Position numbers and translations under genes: made by a program
In this document: positions 26,199 through 41,328 of the stretch, piece by piece
Position numbering within the stretch: position 1 is the first letter of the stretch
Layout: every line of letters begins with the position of its first letter
NCBI GenBank assembly: GCA_012295275.1
Contig: CM022673.1
Span: forward strand, 10,850,001 to 10,914,000
DNA length: 64,000 nucleotides
Direction: 5' to 3'
Origin: Chrysomallon squamiferum
Lineage: Eukaryota; Animalia; Mollusca
The notes under the pieces: generated by a model
Told to the model about the DNA's origin: nothing
Seen by the model: only the letters and a program-made list of their open reading frames with translations
The model's database searches: none

Positions 26199-28402
26199 TC
26201 ATTCTCGTGCCATAGCTTGTTGTGTTACTTCTCCTTTCAGTTCCTGTAAAAAGAATTTCGATTGGTCAGTAATAATGAGACGAAGAAGAAAGAAAAATTA
26301 CAAAGTAGAAGACGTAAAGTTCCTTGTTTGTGGTGTCATTTTTGATACTAATATCGACAAATTTACAATTTCACTGCTTTGTGTGTATGGGTCTATGAAA
26401 GCTTTATACACAAACACGTGTTTATTACTATTAGTATGGCGCCCGTATTTTCAGTGCTTCTCAAATTCCCACTGGAAAGCGGCTGTTATTGTTTTGTTTT
26501 GTTGGTTGCTGTATTTTGTTTTTTTTGGGGGGGAGAGGAGTGTATTTGTGTTTTCTTTTTCTTTTTCTTTTTTTTTTTTTGTTGTTGCTGGGTTTTTTTC
26601 TGATATTTAATATTGTTTTGTTGCTGGTGGTATTCTTCCCTCTTTTAAATATATTCAATGAGTTTAATACGTTATGCATCATGGGTATAGAAATGAAATA
26701 AAATCTTACCTGAGCTTCTTGTATCAAGGCACAAATAGCACAAAACCAGTGCATTATACAGTCATTCATGAACGATCCCTACAATGATAATAATAATAAT
26801 AATAATAACAATAATAATAATAACAATAACAACACTACTACTACTACTACTACTACTAATAGTAATAACAACAATAACAGTACTACTACTACTAAAAATA
26901 ATAGTATTAGTTTTAATAATAACAACTACAACAACAATAATTATTATATTAGTAGTAGTAATAATAATAATAACAACAAGAACAACAATAATAATAATAG
27001 TAGTAATAATAATAAAAACAATAATATTAATGATGATGATGATGATAGTGATAAAAAGATTGTCACCATCGTCTTAATAAGAACAACAAAAATGATAATA
27101 ATAACAAAACTAATAACAATGATAATGATAAATAATTACAGTAGAAGTAATAATAACAATAGAGAATTAGAAGTAGTGGTAGTAGTACTAGTAGAGTAGC
27201 AGCTGCAGTAGTACATACTAATATATGTCATTATATGAACCTATATTATTAATATTTGTATATCTGTCTTTCAGTCTGTCTGTCTGTGTGTATATGTATA
27301 TATACACACACACACACGTACATATGTATCCTCTATGTAATGATCTCTGTAAGGTTATTTCTAATCGTTAATGCTAACAATATCGTCTTCCAGCCTGGTT
27401 CAAGGATTTAAGCTATTAATAACTCTCCTGGCTAATTTATTTATCACCTGAACGTCTTCCAAGTCTATCAATCTTATTCAGATATAGAGCAGACGAGAAG
27501 AATGGCGTTTTGTATCAAACGACTCGTTGCTACGGTAAACAGCCAATAACAAAAGAACAAAGCCGCAAAACACAATATGGAGGAGTTACGGTGGGGAATT
27601 TTAACTGTATTTGGATCTGAATAAACTAACTTAATGCTTGCTCTTCATTAAAATTTATAGCGATTCCTAAATCAAGCACAAGGAGGGATGCGCAATAAAG
27701 AGTAATGTTGTTGTTTTTTTCTAATTATTATTATTATTATTATTATTACACACACACAAATAAAAAATTGAAAACAAAAAAATAATAATAATAACAACAA
27801 CAAAAACTCACAAGCACGTTATATAGAACCAAAAAAGAAAAGAAAAAAAAAAAAAAAAAATGGGTCCGTATTTATTTGTGTTTTGACTTGTTTTGAGTTT
27901 TTGTTGTTGTTGTTGTTGTTGCCTGGATTCACCTGGTGAAGTATAATCAATCCTATGCATTTTTATTATAAATTTTATCATGGCGATTCCAGATGAGGAC
28001 CTAATTAAGACGTTGTTTTGAGATTAACGGATTATCGTTAACGAGTGGGGACGACACAACGGTGATCTTGTTCGTGTTGTGGATCAAACACAACTGATTA
28101 ACACACTAGCAGCGCGAACCACAGAGGTCATTAACACGTTTCCAATTTTGAATAAGAATAATTTGAAATAGCCTTGACATGTGTCAACATAAACATGCAC
28201 ATACGCGTACGTTCTTCAGTACAAACGCAGATTAGCACCACAAGGCAAACCAAACAGACTGTGAAAAAAAAAAAAAAAAAAAACTATGGCTTTGAAAAAC
28301 GAAAGGTTTGGGGAAAAAAAAAAAAAAAAAAAAAATTATAATAAATAAATAATGGAAAAGATTAAAATGTGTGTATCTATAGTAAGCGAAATTCTACAAT
28401 TT

Positions 28403-28447
<45 letters not shown>

Positions 28448-29590
28448 TGTTATTTATTCATTTTATTTTATCTTATTTTTATTATTCAAAAAATTATATA
28501 ATAAATAAATAAATAAATAAATAAATAAGTAAAACAAACAAAAAATTAATTAATTAATTAATTAATATAACAAAATTAAAATTAAAAAATAAATTATTTA
28601 ATAAATAAAATAACAGATAGCAAATAATGAAATAAACAAATAAAAAAAAAGGAAAAGAAATTATAAATTACAAAGCGTTTTATTTAGAAATGACTGTTAA
28701 TTAATTAATTAATTTATTTATTTATGAACATGTTTAGAACTTATTACCTTTTTTTCAGAGATACTTTTATTAATCATAACTTCAGTATTTTCAGTGTTAG
28801 TCTGTGTAAAAATTTATTTATTTATAAACTTTATTTATTTTAAATTCCGACGCGTGTCAAAAAATGGCGTGTATTGAAACATAAATCACTAATGTTATTT
28901 ATACAACAACAACGAAATAAAACACATTGCAGGGACGAGTCCATTTTTTTTTATTGGAGGGGTGTTAGTCGTCATGAAGACTAAATGATATAACTTTCTA
29001 TACGAAGTTAGTTTCATCAAAAACTATAAGCCTGTCTCATGTGATTTCCGACTGTCCTGTCAGCCGGCAATTACAATATTCTAATTTTGGTTTAAACGAA
29101 AGCAAGCAAATACAGATATATTAAAAACGTAAGAAAACAATACGTTTCACAATGTAAAATATAAACAAAAAGAAATGATTATAGTACAGAAGATGTAATA
29201 GCTTTCAAATATATTTACAATTTTTGAACAAACCCCCACACCTCCCCCCCCAAAACAAACCCCCACAATAAATCGTTTTGTGTCTGATACATAAAATTGC
29301 AAATACAAGAATTTAAGACGCAGGGGGGGGGGAGAAAAAAATGTATATTTGTGAATGTGTTTGTGTATGTTACTTACTTCTATTCCTTTGGATTCTCGAA
29401 TCTTTCCTCGAATTTTAGCTCTGGACCAAATTCCTACTGGTCCCAGTAAGGTAAGACAGCCGTACAAACCGCAGCTTTCGCCAACAGCAGCGGCGTTGTT
29501 ACCGGCGGTTAGACAAGGCACAAAGTACGTGATGATGCAGAGACTGCAGTTGCTGAAGCAGCCGAACAATCCGTTTTGAAATTCACCCAT
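26199..29590 (-). CDS. PLAC8/cornifelin-family Cys-rich protein, paralog 2 (108 aa)
   Basis: Exons 29590-29378, 26778-26710, 26243-26199 give MGEFQNGLFGCFSNCSLCIITYFVPCLTAGNNAAAVGESCGLYGCLTLLGPVGIWSRAKIRGKIRESKGIE/GSFMNDCIMHWFCAICALIQEAQ/ELKGEVTQQAMARE*. Intron positions match paralog 1. Confidence 0.92.
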
Positions 29591-31923
29591 GGCTTAACGA
29601 GTCAAACTGAAAAATCGATGCTAACGAAAAACTAAATCAGACTCGACTGCCCGACTCGAAGTGATGTGCTTGAACTGTGAGTCCGCGAATCATGCATTTA
29701 AAGAAGAAGCCATTATGGAAGTTGCCATTGGAAATGTCAAACAAAGTATTTGATTGGCTACTGAAACAAACTGGCTGTACAGCCGATTACCAACCAGAAA
29801 CTGTAGACTTGAATACCCAAGGTTACGTTTGACATGTTTTAAGCGTCGTCAATACAATGCGACTTTGAAATTTAATAATAATAAAAAAAAAAAATTATAG
29901 TAATAGAATAACCTTTTAATGTACAAGTTCTGCACCTTTTGCTTTGAATGTTATGGGCGTGGATAAATTTAAATTTTGATTATTACAGACAACCTAAAGA
30001 GAAAATACTTTTTTTTTTTTTTTTTTTTTAAAGGAGGGAAAATAGAGGTATAACTATAAGGAATATAAAGAAGGCAATTTTAATTTTGTTAGGTTTTTGT
30101 TTAATGCTTTTAACATAAAAGGATTCTTGCCTTATTTAATACTGAAACAAACTGTTTGTTTTGTGCATTATGCATTATGCACTATGGACTTCATACATGA
30201 GTTGCACCTTTAATTTAAAGGTCTTCGGAGCATACTTGCGCATTTTAATTCCAGCGTTACAAATCGCACTGTGGGAACGCAGTTTTTGACACTATCGCTA
30301 GTTGGTCTTGCTGTATGAGTTGGTACACCAAATCGCTTTGTGAGAACGCAGGTTAAATAATTCGTGTTTTACATCAGATAATCTGCTGCAGAAAAGTCGG
30401 TTTTATTGTTTTATAATCTGTGAAATATTTACTGGTTTAATAGATTTAAAGAAAGGTTTCTTTGGATGACAGAGAGATAAAGAATACTGTTTTGAAAAGT
30501 TTCGTATCAGAAATCGGTAATTTTTTGCACACGGTCACGAACTTCTGGATTGATTGCTCCCGTGGTATGTGTCTCGCTTCATTTCAGGGACACTACGTAA
30601 CAATGCAGCAATAACTAACTTAGTCAGGCTAATGAACTTACTTTAAATACACGACCACTCCAGCGACTTCAGTATCATCTACAACATGTAGTAAATAGCA
30701 TATATAATAATTTTTGATAAAACAGATTTAAAACGCAGAAAACTGGTAGGTATGCAGAAGTGAAAATCGGCTGAATTCGCCAAATAAAACTACTATTTGT
30801 GTAATGGTGACACCCCCTCTGTACTTGATTACAGGGCCTATGAAAGGGGAGGGGGGATCCAGCCGCTATTTTGTTCCGCGGCCCAAGAATAATGATACTG
30901 TCCCTACAGCAACCATGCATTAAATGAATATGATCATGGAAATAAAGCATTTATGAGAGTTTACATGTAGAGTTTACATGGACATCAAATCCTCAGTTTT
31001 GATTAAAATCTTTGCCTGCCTCGGGGCCCCCAAAAAGGTCTTGTACCGCCTTGCAAACTTTCTCTTGGAGAACCTGCTTGATTAGTATTAAAGGACATTA
31101 TATATCAACCTACACATAAACAGGAAAATTCACACACTGCCTTTAATAAATTTGGAACGGGAAGTAGTCGAATCCGATAATTTACGTTTGGGTATTTCTT
31201 TACGATTGCGTTACTCATGATTCAAATAATGAGGAAGTATCGACCGCTTAAGCAACTGAAGGACTGATAAGAATTTTACATGCGTTTTTGTTCAGTTAGG
31301 GAGCACCAGGTTAAAATTAGTTTACAGTAAGATAATCAGTACTGCAGTAACGAGGTTTATTTACAAAAGGATTTTAATGTATTTTATACCTAATTTGTTT
31401 CATAAATCTTAACTGGGGATATAATAATAATAATAATAATAAAGAAGAAGAAGAAGAAGAAGAAGAAGAAGAAGAAGAAGAAGAAGAAAGAAGAAGAAGA
31501 TGAAGAAGAAGAATAGTAATAGTAGTAGCAATAGTAATAATAAAAAAAAATAGGTGTTAGAGTGTTTGGTTTCCTCTCATTTCTGTACAGTTAATTAAAA
31601 GCGGTATGTTTGAGGTGAGGTCTCACCCCAGGGAAGGAAGGCTAGATTTGAGTGGGCCCGGGAATTATTTGAAGTTGTGTTCCTCAGTTACTGCACAGTT
31701 TGAAAGTAATGGTTATTTCGATATCTCGGTTGAGTAACTGCGTGATTGTTCCTTCCTTGCTCACCTACAGTCACTACGCTTTGTTGCAAGTTATATTCTG
31801 AATTCATGTTAACATGTTGGGTGTTAATGGCTAATTTTATTTATCCGCTTAACGTTCTAACATAATAGTTCTCGTTATGAAATACATGGTTAGAACTGTT
31901 ATATGTATTACAGTATAAATTAT

Positions 31924-31996
<73 letters not shown>

Positions 31997-33559
31997 GTGT
32001 GTGAGTGTGTGTTTATGTATGTTTTCAAATGCTTGTTATCTCTTTCTTCTTATTTTTTCTTTTTCTTTTTCTTTGTGATCTGAATCTCATTCTATTTTTC
32101 TCCTCATTCTTTCTATATCAATCTCTCTGTCCGTCTGTCTTGCTTTTTTTTTTTTCTCTTTTTTTTTTTCTGTTTTCTTTCTTGATGATCTTTGTGTCTA
32201 AGTCAACCTTAGCTCTTGCTTTGTGTTTCTGGACAGTTGTATTCACTTACTTATTTTCTTTATTTATTATTCTTTACTGCATCGTAATTCTTCTTTTGTT
32301 TTCTCTTTTATTTCATCGTTCTTTCTCCCCTTGTATCAAAACGTGTCATGTAATTTCTATTGTTGTATCTTCTACAATAGGCTTTTTCTTACTACAAAAG
32401 AACTCTCCGAAACATGCCAGAGGAAATTAACTAATTAAAGTCTCCACTAATTAACAGCTTAAAAACACTCGCTACACGCAATTGTTCTTCGAGTATATTC
32501 TTTACTAACTGCAGACTGTAGTTTTAGACGTAATGTCAATTTACCTTTAATCACTTCAGACAATTACAAAATAATAAAAGCTAGTAGTGCGCAAAAATAC
32601 AGTAGCAAATAAATATTAAAAGAATCTATTTGTCAGCAATATTTTAATAGTATGTACGGTATTTACAAAAAATAGGGACCTAAAAATATATATATATTAA
32701 AGTGGAAGCTCATAAAAAGTATCGTTACAAACGCACTTTAAAACGAAAAAACAACAACAAAACAGCCATTTTGAAAAGGTGTATATGCACCACTTATATT
32801 TTATTATTAGTGTACATGCACCTTTGACATAGTTATACTGAGAAAAAAAAATAACAACAAAAATAACGCCGTGGCGTTATGCAAATTTTTTTTTTTTTTT
32901 TTCCGTTTTGATTCATTCTCTGTTACTAACAGAAATATGCATTACATAGAAAGAAAAACGTTTAAATTAAAAGGTTCTTTTTTGTGTGTTTGTTATCTAA
33001 AATGGCGGCCTATGCTGACGCACCAAATAATCTTTGACTTTCAAACGTCAGTTTTTCAGTATAGCTGTTATAACACACTGCAGGGTAAAACTGGTATTTT
33101 AAGACAGCAGCTATTTATTTCCTATACACGACTCAGTGTTACATTTATTGACTCTTAGTATTAACAGAAACAACAGTAATTGTCATCATCATCATCGTCG
33201 TTATTGTTATTGTTCATTATTATTTTCATCATTATCATTATCATTGCTATCATTGTTATTACTATTGTTGTTGTAATGCAGAAAGTGGATGGCTATTTTC
33301 GATTGCCATAGTTATGATAGTTCTGTTAACACCTCGGAATTTGCATTCGTCCATGTTAATTACTTTTGTTGTTGTTGTTGTTATCTGTCATTACTGTCGA
33401 CATTAAACTGTCCCACCTGCCTTACGTTTCGAACAACTACGATATTTACACGAGATGGAGAATTTAGAATGTTGTTGTTGTTTAGTTTTATTCAGTTTAC
33501 GAGAACCTTTCCGAACACTGATAACGCTGATGGCACGTAACGTCAAGGACTCCTTTTTT

Positions 33560-33603
<44 letters not shown>

Positions 33604-34040
33604 TGTGTGGCCATGTGCCCAGCGTGATCTTATCTAATACAGAAATCGTGCAGAACAGTCAACGATGTTTTGACAACAGTCTCCAAAACAGTAAATCCAG
33701 CACAGAATGTCCTTTTGTTTGTATCCAAAAACAAAGCGTAAACATTTCGGTTGCTAGTCATCGAAGCCAAGCAGTCGAGCATTGATGATTTTTTATCAGT
33801 CGTCCTACGTCAAATGATTTGGCTCACAGTGTCGAGGTGATACAGATACGTATCTTCCTTTTGTGTCTCATGCCTGGAATTTAATATTTAAATAAACATG
33901 CCTTAAAATGAGAATAACATTCAGCATGTGTCCGTGTGTGTGTGTGCGTGCGTGCGTCTGTACACATCATAAATCCTATAACAAAATATTTATTATATAT
34001 AATTTTTTTTATTTCATTTTATTTTTATTTCATTATATTG

Positions 34041-34075
<35 letters not shown>

Positions 34076-34677
34076 TTATAACTGAAACTGATAACTGTTA
34101 TTAAATTAATTAAATACAGGGATACTGTTGACAATTTGTTAATGTTGCACATGACGTTTATTTACTTGTGCGTATAGGTTACGGTTTATTCGATTACATA
34201 TCACTTCACCATTGTGTGTGTGTGTGTGTGTGTGTTGTATATATTTTTTTTTTTCTTTGTTATGTTACTCCAGAAAAAAAAGCTCCCAGAGAGAAAAACG
34301 ATCAGTGTAAAATATGAGATAAAACTGTTATGGAGATGTATACATAACAAATGTATTGCTCATTAATGTGATCTAATTCATATTTTATAAGGGTGACAGA
34401 AGCGAGAGAAAGAGAAAGAGTGAAAAGAAAGAAAGAAAGAGACAGAGAATGAGAGAGAGAGGGAATGGGAGTGAGAAAGTGATTGAAAGAAAGAGACGGA
34501 AAGAGAAAGTAAGAGAGACAGAGAGACAAAGAGAGACAGTCATCGAAACGACATGAAGATATCTAAACTTGATTTAATAAAAAAAAAAAAAAAAAAAAAA
34601 AATCCCTTATCCACATTTAGCCTTTATAAAAATATATGTTTATGCTTAATAATTCATCTCTTTTCATAATGCAGAAG

Positions 34678-34731
<54 letters not shown>

Positions 34732-34845
34732 TTTAATCTATAATTATTTTTATTTATTGGAACATCAGGGATCTTGCTATAATGTAAAACTGGGTTTTTC
34801 CAAAGATCGATTCTTATAGGCTAACAGTTTAGGTTTTTTAAAATC

Positions 34846-34878
<33 letters not shown>

Positions 34879-35384
34879 CTGTGTTATTTCTGATCTTCAT
34901 GTCTGAATATCAAAGTCGATAGTCTGTGTGTTTTTTTTCTCTAATATTTAAATAAACAAATAAATAAATAAATAAATAAATCAAATAGTTGATTTATTTC
35001 TCAGACTAAATAATTACAGAAATAAAAACACTTTTCTATCATCATCCGTTCCCTCAAATTATGTCTCTACCCTCGCCTAGACAAGTCTCGTAACAAACTC
35101 AAGTAAACATCTTTTTTTTTTTTCATCTAATTTTCGTGCCTCTGCATATTGCTCAAAAATAGGTTACACTTCAAGTTTCATTGTGTGTTAAAAAGAAAAA
35201 AAAAAAAACGATCATCTCAAAGTGATTCTAACATAATAGAAATAAAAATACCACTTTGTGTTATTATTTTAGAAAGCTGTCGATAATTTAATATCACGCT
35301 GAATATGCAGTCTGTACTGTTAGCAGATAGACGAAAATTCTGGTTTCTTTACAGTTAGTCTGAAAGAAAATGAATAAACAATGC

Positions 35385-35472
<88 letters not shown>

Positions 35473-35622
35473 AAATTGATGGATTTACATACATGGATTT
35501 AAGTTCTAAATTAATAACAAAATTCCGATATTCCTAAATATTTTCAGTGACTTATTAATATGAAAAAATGCTTTTGTTACAGTAAAACAGACAAAAGATA
35601 ATGACTTTAAAGCTAAATGTTG

Positions 35623-35663
<41 letters not shown>

Positions 35664-37690
35664 ATAATTATATAATAGAAGAAAGGAGAACGTGATATAT
35701 TTACCTGTTTTGAGCTTTCTAACTGTCGTTTGCTGAAAATAATGTTTCTCAGAAGGACTAAATTAAATAATAATAATAAGAAGAAGAAGAAGAAGAAGAA
35801 TCATACTTGTATCTTTCATTATTTTTATACGGAATTACATTAATCCCATGGAGAAAAGTAAGAGCTTGGTAACTCAGTCATATATGACTTTTCCAAATAG
35901 CCTAATTTTTGTTTTCCTATTTCAACTCTCTATCGTTAAAGTTACAAATATTAAATCACGTGATATTTGTATGTCGACGAATTGATAGAAATGATATCGA
36001 GATGTTTTAATTCTCTTCTCGTTATGGCTGTACTTAATTACTAATGTAAACATCAGCCATTGGATTTCATTATCTCTTTCAAACGTAAGCATTTATAATA
36101 ATATGTATTCTACAGTTTAAAGTATATATATTAGCCATCTTATGTTAAAGGTAACTAATTCAGAAACTGTTGTTTGTTGATGTAAACAGTATAATTCATA
36201 TCGATACGTATTCATGGAAACCGACAGAATTTCGTTTTCGCAGCGTAGCCGTATTTGTTTTACATAATACTTGACAAAAATAATTATTTTCTTTCAATTC
36301 ATTTCATTTATGAGCGACATGTTAATCTAGAAATATACGTAGCTGTTGACAAAATACGTATACATCAAGAACATCACTATTATTATAATCTTACATTAAA
36401 CTTTAAAAAAAATATTCTTGTCAGCTTATCATACTGTTATGTTGTAAAAGTATGGTTAATATTAATAATTAAAATTAAACACCTATCTTGTTAATAAAAT
36501 ATAATCTCTATCTCTCTGATAATTCAAATTAATATTATATTTATAATTACAGAGCAATAACACACACAAAAAACCACCTTGTTATTATGTTAAATAAAAG
36601 TTAATAGGCTTGTGTACAAGGTGTTTGATTTTTAATTTTAATGATAGAATTATACAGATATGTGTGCTATACAATCATTTTAGATTATAACACGTTATAA
36701 TGAATATAACCCATATGGTTATATTCTCTAACATATTTCATGAAACAAGTCTAAATTTTATTTAGTAATTTACTTAATTTGCACTGCAGGATTTTTTTTT
36801 TTCGAAATCATCATTAATAGGTTCAGAGAAATTTTTTCTAAATACATCTATTCAAATTGTGTAATTAAATTTCCCCCATGTGGGGTATGACCCCCCACTT
36901 TGGAAAAATCTGATCTAAATTGATCACACTTCAGCAGACAAATACTAACTTTTTTATTTTAACTTTTGTTTTTAATCCTGTAATCCTTTAAATGGATTTT
37001 ATAATCCCTAAGAGATTTGCATCTATAGAAACAGTGCACTGGGTAATCTTGATCCACATATAAGCAGGATTAGTATTAGACTGCTTTGTTAGAGTGAAAT
37101 TTGGGAAATGTATTCATGAAAAATATGCATTGAACACTTCATTGTAATGTAAATTTATTCTTCATTTTCATTTTTCTTTTAAAGATTTATGTAATTTTGG
37201 AATTAAATTATTTCTTCTTCTTTTTATTATTATTATTATTATTATTATTCTGTTTTATATATTCATTTTGTTTTTAAATAATATAATCCATTATTATAAT
37301 TGTTATTGTTATTGTTATTGTTATTGTTATTGTTATTGTTATTGTTATTATTATTATTATTATTATTATTAATATATTTATTATTTTTTATATATTCATT
37401 TTGTCTTTGAATCATACAATTGTTATTAAAATTGTTATTATTATTATTGTTATTATCTTTTAAATAGTCTTAAAAGTCTTTAAATCCCATTAGTATTTCT
37501 GAATTCTTTATATATTTCCTAGTAGTTGATATATATGTGTGTGTATATGTGTATTTGTACACCCACAGACACACAAATGCACAAACATACATACATGTAT
37601 ATTTCTACTTAAACAAGTATATGATGAAGCTGATATAATCAAATGAGCCTAACAAGGGCACACACCTACTGACATAACCATAGGCTTCTT

Positions 37691-37725
<35 letters not shown>

Positions 37726-38396
37726 ACTCAGTTACTCCAGACAAACTGTTAATTAGATTCAATATTTGTACATCATCACTCATATTTATTATTCATCATA
37801 TTGCAACCATTTTGTCAATAATCACAAAATTATCCTGATTGTGAAATGGATAGTTTGTCGTTTCCGTGGTAACAGCATTCATGCTGTGACTGCAGAAGTT
37901 AACTATAATTACAGGTGGACGTGTTGTTTAGCATCACCTTGGTTATAATGCAAACATCTTGACCACTATGTATTGATTAATGAGATAATGTTTTTAGTCA
38001 ACACACATGTTACGAAAATCCATTTTTGTTTCACATTGATGCACATAATACAATTACAAACTATATATAATATACTCACACATACACTGTGTGTATATAA
38101 CTAATATATATGCATGTATGTATGCCATGTGTGTATAGATATAGATAGAGATACAGATATATAAAAGTTACATAATAATGTTTTATTAACACAGATATAT
38201 GTCAACAAAATAAAGTCATATCAAGTTTAATTTTCAATAAAAGAAATTGACAAAATATAAATAATCAATCAAGATGAAGTGAATGTTTATACAAACGCTG
38301 AAAAGCGACAGTGTTTATAAAATAAAATTACAATAAAGTAATGTTTGTACCATCCTGTATGTATATATACACACACACCCACACACACACACACAC

Positions 38397-38509
<113 letters not shown>

Positions 38510-38611
38510 CATTGTGAGTGTGTTTGTGTGGTATGTATAGGTGTATTTATAAGTTGTTATGTAGTTAAATACAAAACATGCACATATTATACTGATAGTT
38601 AGATACATCTT

Positions 38612-38650
<39 letters not shown>

Positions 38651-39038
38651 GTATACATTCAAATACACAAGTTTTTCTTTCTTCAAATAATGACAACAGC
38701 ATAAGAGAGAACTGATTAATTATGTCACTCCATACAACAATTACACACACCTCACTTATTAAGAAGTTATGTTGCATGTGCTGTACAAATAACTCTCTGT
38801 TTTTCAGTAAACCTCCAGGCAGAATCACACTGTTTTGTTGTAACTTGTTTCTGTTATTATACAAGCTTTTTCTGAACTCTTTGTGTTATTCTCTGTGCTT
38901 TTAAAGCTTTAGAAATGATTCCGGTAAGAACAAATAAACTGTATGTGTAGGTTCTATGCTTTTAAATGATGACTTTACATGTTACATAATGTTTTATATA
39001 CCAAAAACAATTTTTGATACTAATAAACTTGTTGACAG

Positions 39039-39068
39039 ATACGGCAGCTTTGCTGGTAGTTCATTAAG
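39039..39068 (+). other. Candidate 30-nt 5' UTR exon of the Kelch gene
   Basis: Preceded by TACTAAT (branch-like) and CTTGTTGACAG, followed by AAG|GTAAAT. Another donor CCG|GTAAGA lies upstream at 38924. No transcript evidence. Confidence 0.4.
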
Positions 39069-39936
39069 GTAAATCTTTTTTTGTTAATTGTTTACTCATT
39101 AATTAAGGTTTTCTTGCTAGTAATGAAGGTCAAAAAATTATTGTTGGTGGTTTAGTAATAAATTAGGGTAAACAATTATTGTTAATATTTTTATTTGTTA
39201 ATTAAGATAAACAGTTTTGTCAAATGTTTTACTCATTAGTGACAAACAATTACTTTTAAAAGTTTACTGCTTAATTAAGGTGAAAAAAAATGAAAACAAT
39301 GAAAAATTCTCATTTGTTTTACTGATTAGTAATGAAGGTAAGCAATTATTTTTAATAGGTTACTTTACCTGTGATAAAGGTAAACACAGTTATCAGTTAC
39401 CTGTTCACTAATATTAAAGGTAAACATTGTTAGTTAGTAATTATTTACTCACAATTCATAAAGGTTTCTAGCCAAATTGAAAATCAACATTTTACATTTG
39501 AGGAAATTATTTTTTGTCCAAGTACAGACATGAACTTTGACAGTAATTACATTTATTTTATTGATCATTTATAATGATTGATTATTCAGAACATTTGAAT
39601 TATACACATTTCAAAATTCTGCTAGTGTATTTTATATTTTTTTACTATTGTTCTTTAAGTTATTTTATCATGATGATGATGATGATGTTGTTATTAATAA
39701 TATTTTTATGCTTATTATTTTTGTTACTATTATTATTAGAGTTGTTTAATATTTATTATTTTTACTATAACTACTACTACTATTACTATTGTTAATAATA
39801 ATAATAATTTGCTGTTAATAGTATTATTATTGTTGTTGTTATTATTGTTGATGTTAATATTATTTATATTGTTGTTGTTTTTGTTGTTGTTGTTGTTATT
39901 GTTGTTATTATTCTCCAGTGAGAGCTAGCTGTCAAG

Positions 39937-40215
39937 ATGGCTGAAGACAATGAAAACTGATCTAAATCATGATGTCAATCATACAGTCTGGGCGTGGACA
40001 GAACTTGAGACTCCACCCAGTCCTTACCCCAGATCTCGCTTCAAGCATGCTGCCTGTCTATGTGGAAGTTATGTATATGTGTTTGGGGGTAAAGATGGAA
40101 CCACACCTCTCAGAGATCTTTGGAGATATCATCTAGGTACATCATTTTTTTAAAATTCTTTTTCCTTTTAAATTATTATTATTGTTGTTGTTACTATTAT
40201 TATATCTATTATTTC

Positions 40216-40279
<64 letters not shown>

Positions 40280-41288
40280 TAATTAATTAATTAATATGTA
40301 AATTTAAAAATAGGATATTTGAAGTTAATATTATGTTGTTGTTGTTGTTTTTTTTTTTTTTTTTAAACGAGTTCTTAAATTTATCCTAATTTAAATATTT
40401 TTGGGTTAAACAGATGATATAAAATACTGAAATTAAAAGTAGAAATAAATGATGCAAAATGCAGGTATTTCCCCCTGACAAAATAAAATATGGCTGCCCA
40501 TGATGGATTCAATATATCACTAAAACTTATTTATATTTTCTTTATTATTTTTTTTTTTACTTTTCTCAGTTTACATTCTTTTAACTCATCCTGCCTGTAT
40601 ATTCTTTCATTCTTTCATCCATCCATCCTTCTGTATTTTATATCTGCAGATTCTTCCTTACATTCATCCATCTATTCATTATGGTAATTTGCTGTTCTTT
40701 TAACCATCATTATTTCATTTATTACTACAAATAACAAAAGAAAGTTTTGCCTGACAGAACGTATCATTATATTTTTAAGTTACAGTTTTTTGTTTTTTGA
40801 GAATAAATTGGATATTCTGAAGAGTTTAAAACTGTTTATTTTAGGATTTCTCTGCTGGGAGAAGCTAAAGAGTCGCGGTGAACAACTACCCCATTTAGAA
40901 GGACACACACTTCTAGCTTACAAGGTACATAAGTAGATGGATGTATGGATACATGGACTGATGGATGAACAGACGAATAAATGAAAGAATGTAGGAATTA
41001 ATTAACGAACAGATAAAATGGAGAAACAGATGGAAAGAATGGTGAAAAGATTTTATGATTGAATGGTTGAATTTTAAGATTGTTGAATTTTAAGATTGTT
41101 ATTATTATTGTTATTTAAAAAAAAAAAAATTATTATCATTATTATTATTATTGCTATTATTAATATTATTGTTACTATTATTACTATTATTGTTATTGTT
41201 ATTATTGCTGTTGTTGTTATTTCTACTAGTCTTTATGTTATACATATCCATTCATACAACACAACAAATACAGATGCACATGCACACA

Positions 41289-41328
<40 letters not shown>

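Noticed and set aside
29355-29579. Antisense ORFs over coding exons (also 20675-20872, 42141-42455, 46038-46337)
   Set aside because: They are shadow frames of real exons on the opposite strand.
30832-31052. Possible hAT-type MITE (CAGGGCC...CCGCCTTG with GGGGCCC motifs)
   Set aside because: The termini match poorly and no 8-bp target duplication is visible.
29700-36100. Third PLAC8 paralog or other gene in the long intergenic stretch
   Set aside because: No exon with PLAC8 motifs or other recognisable coding signal was found by eye; a non-coding or highly diverged gene cannot be excluded.
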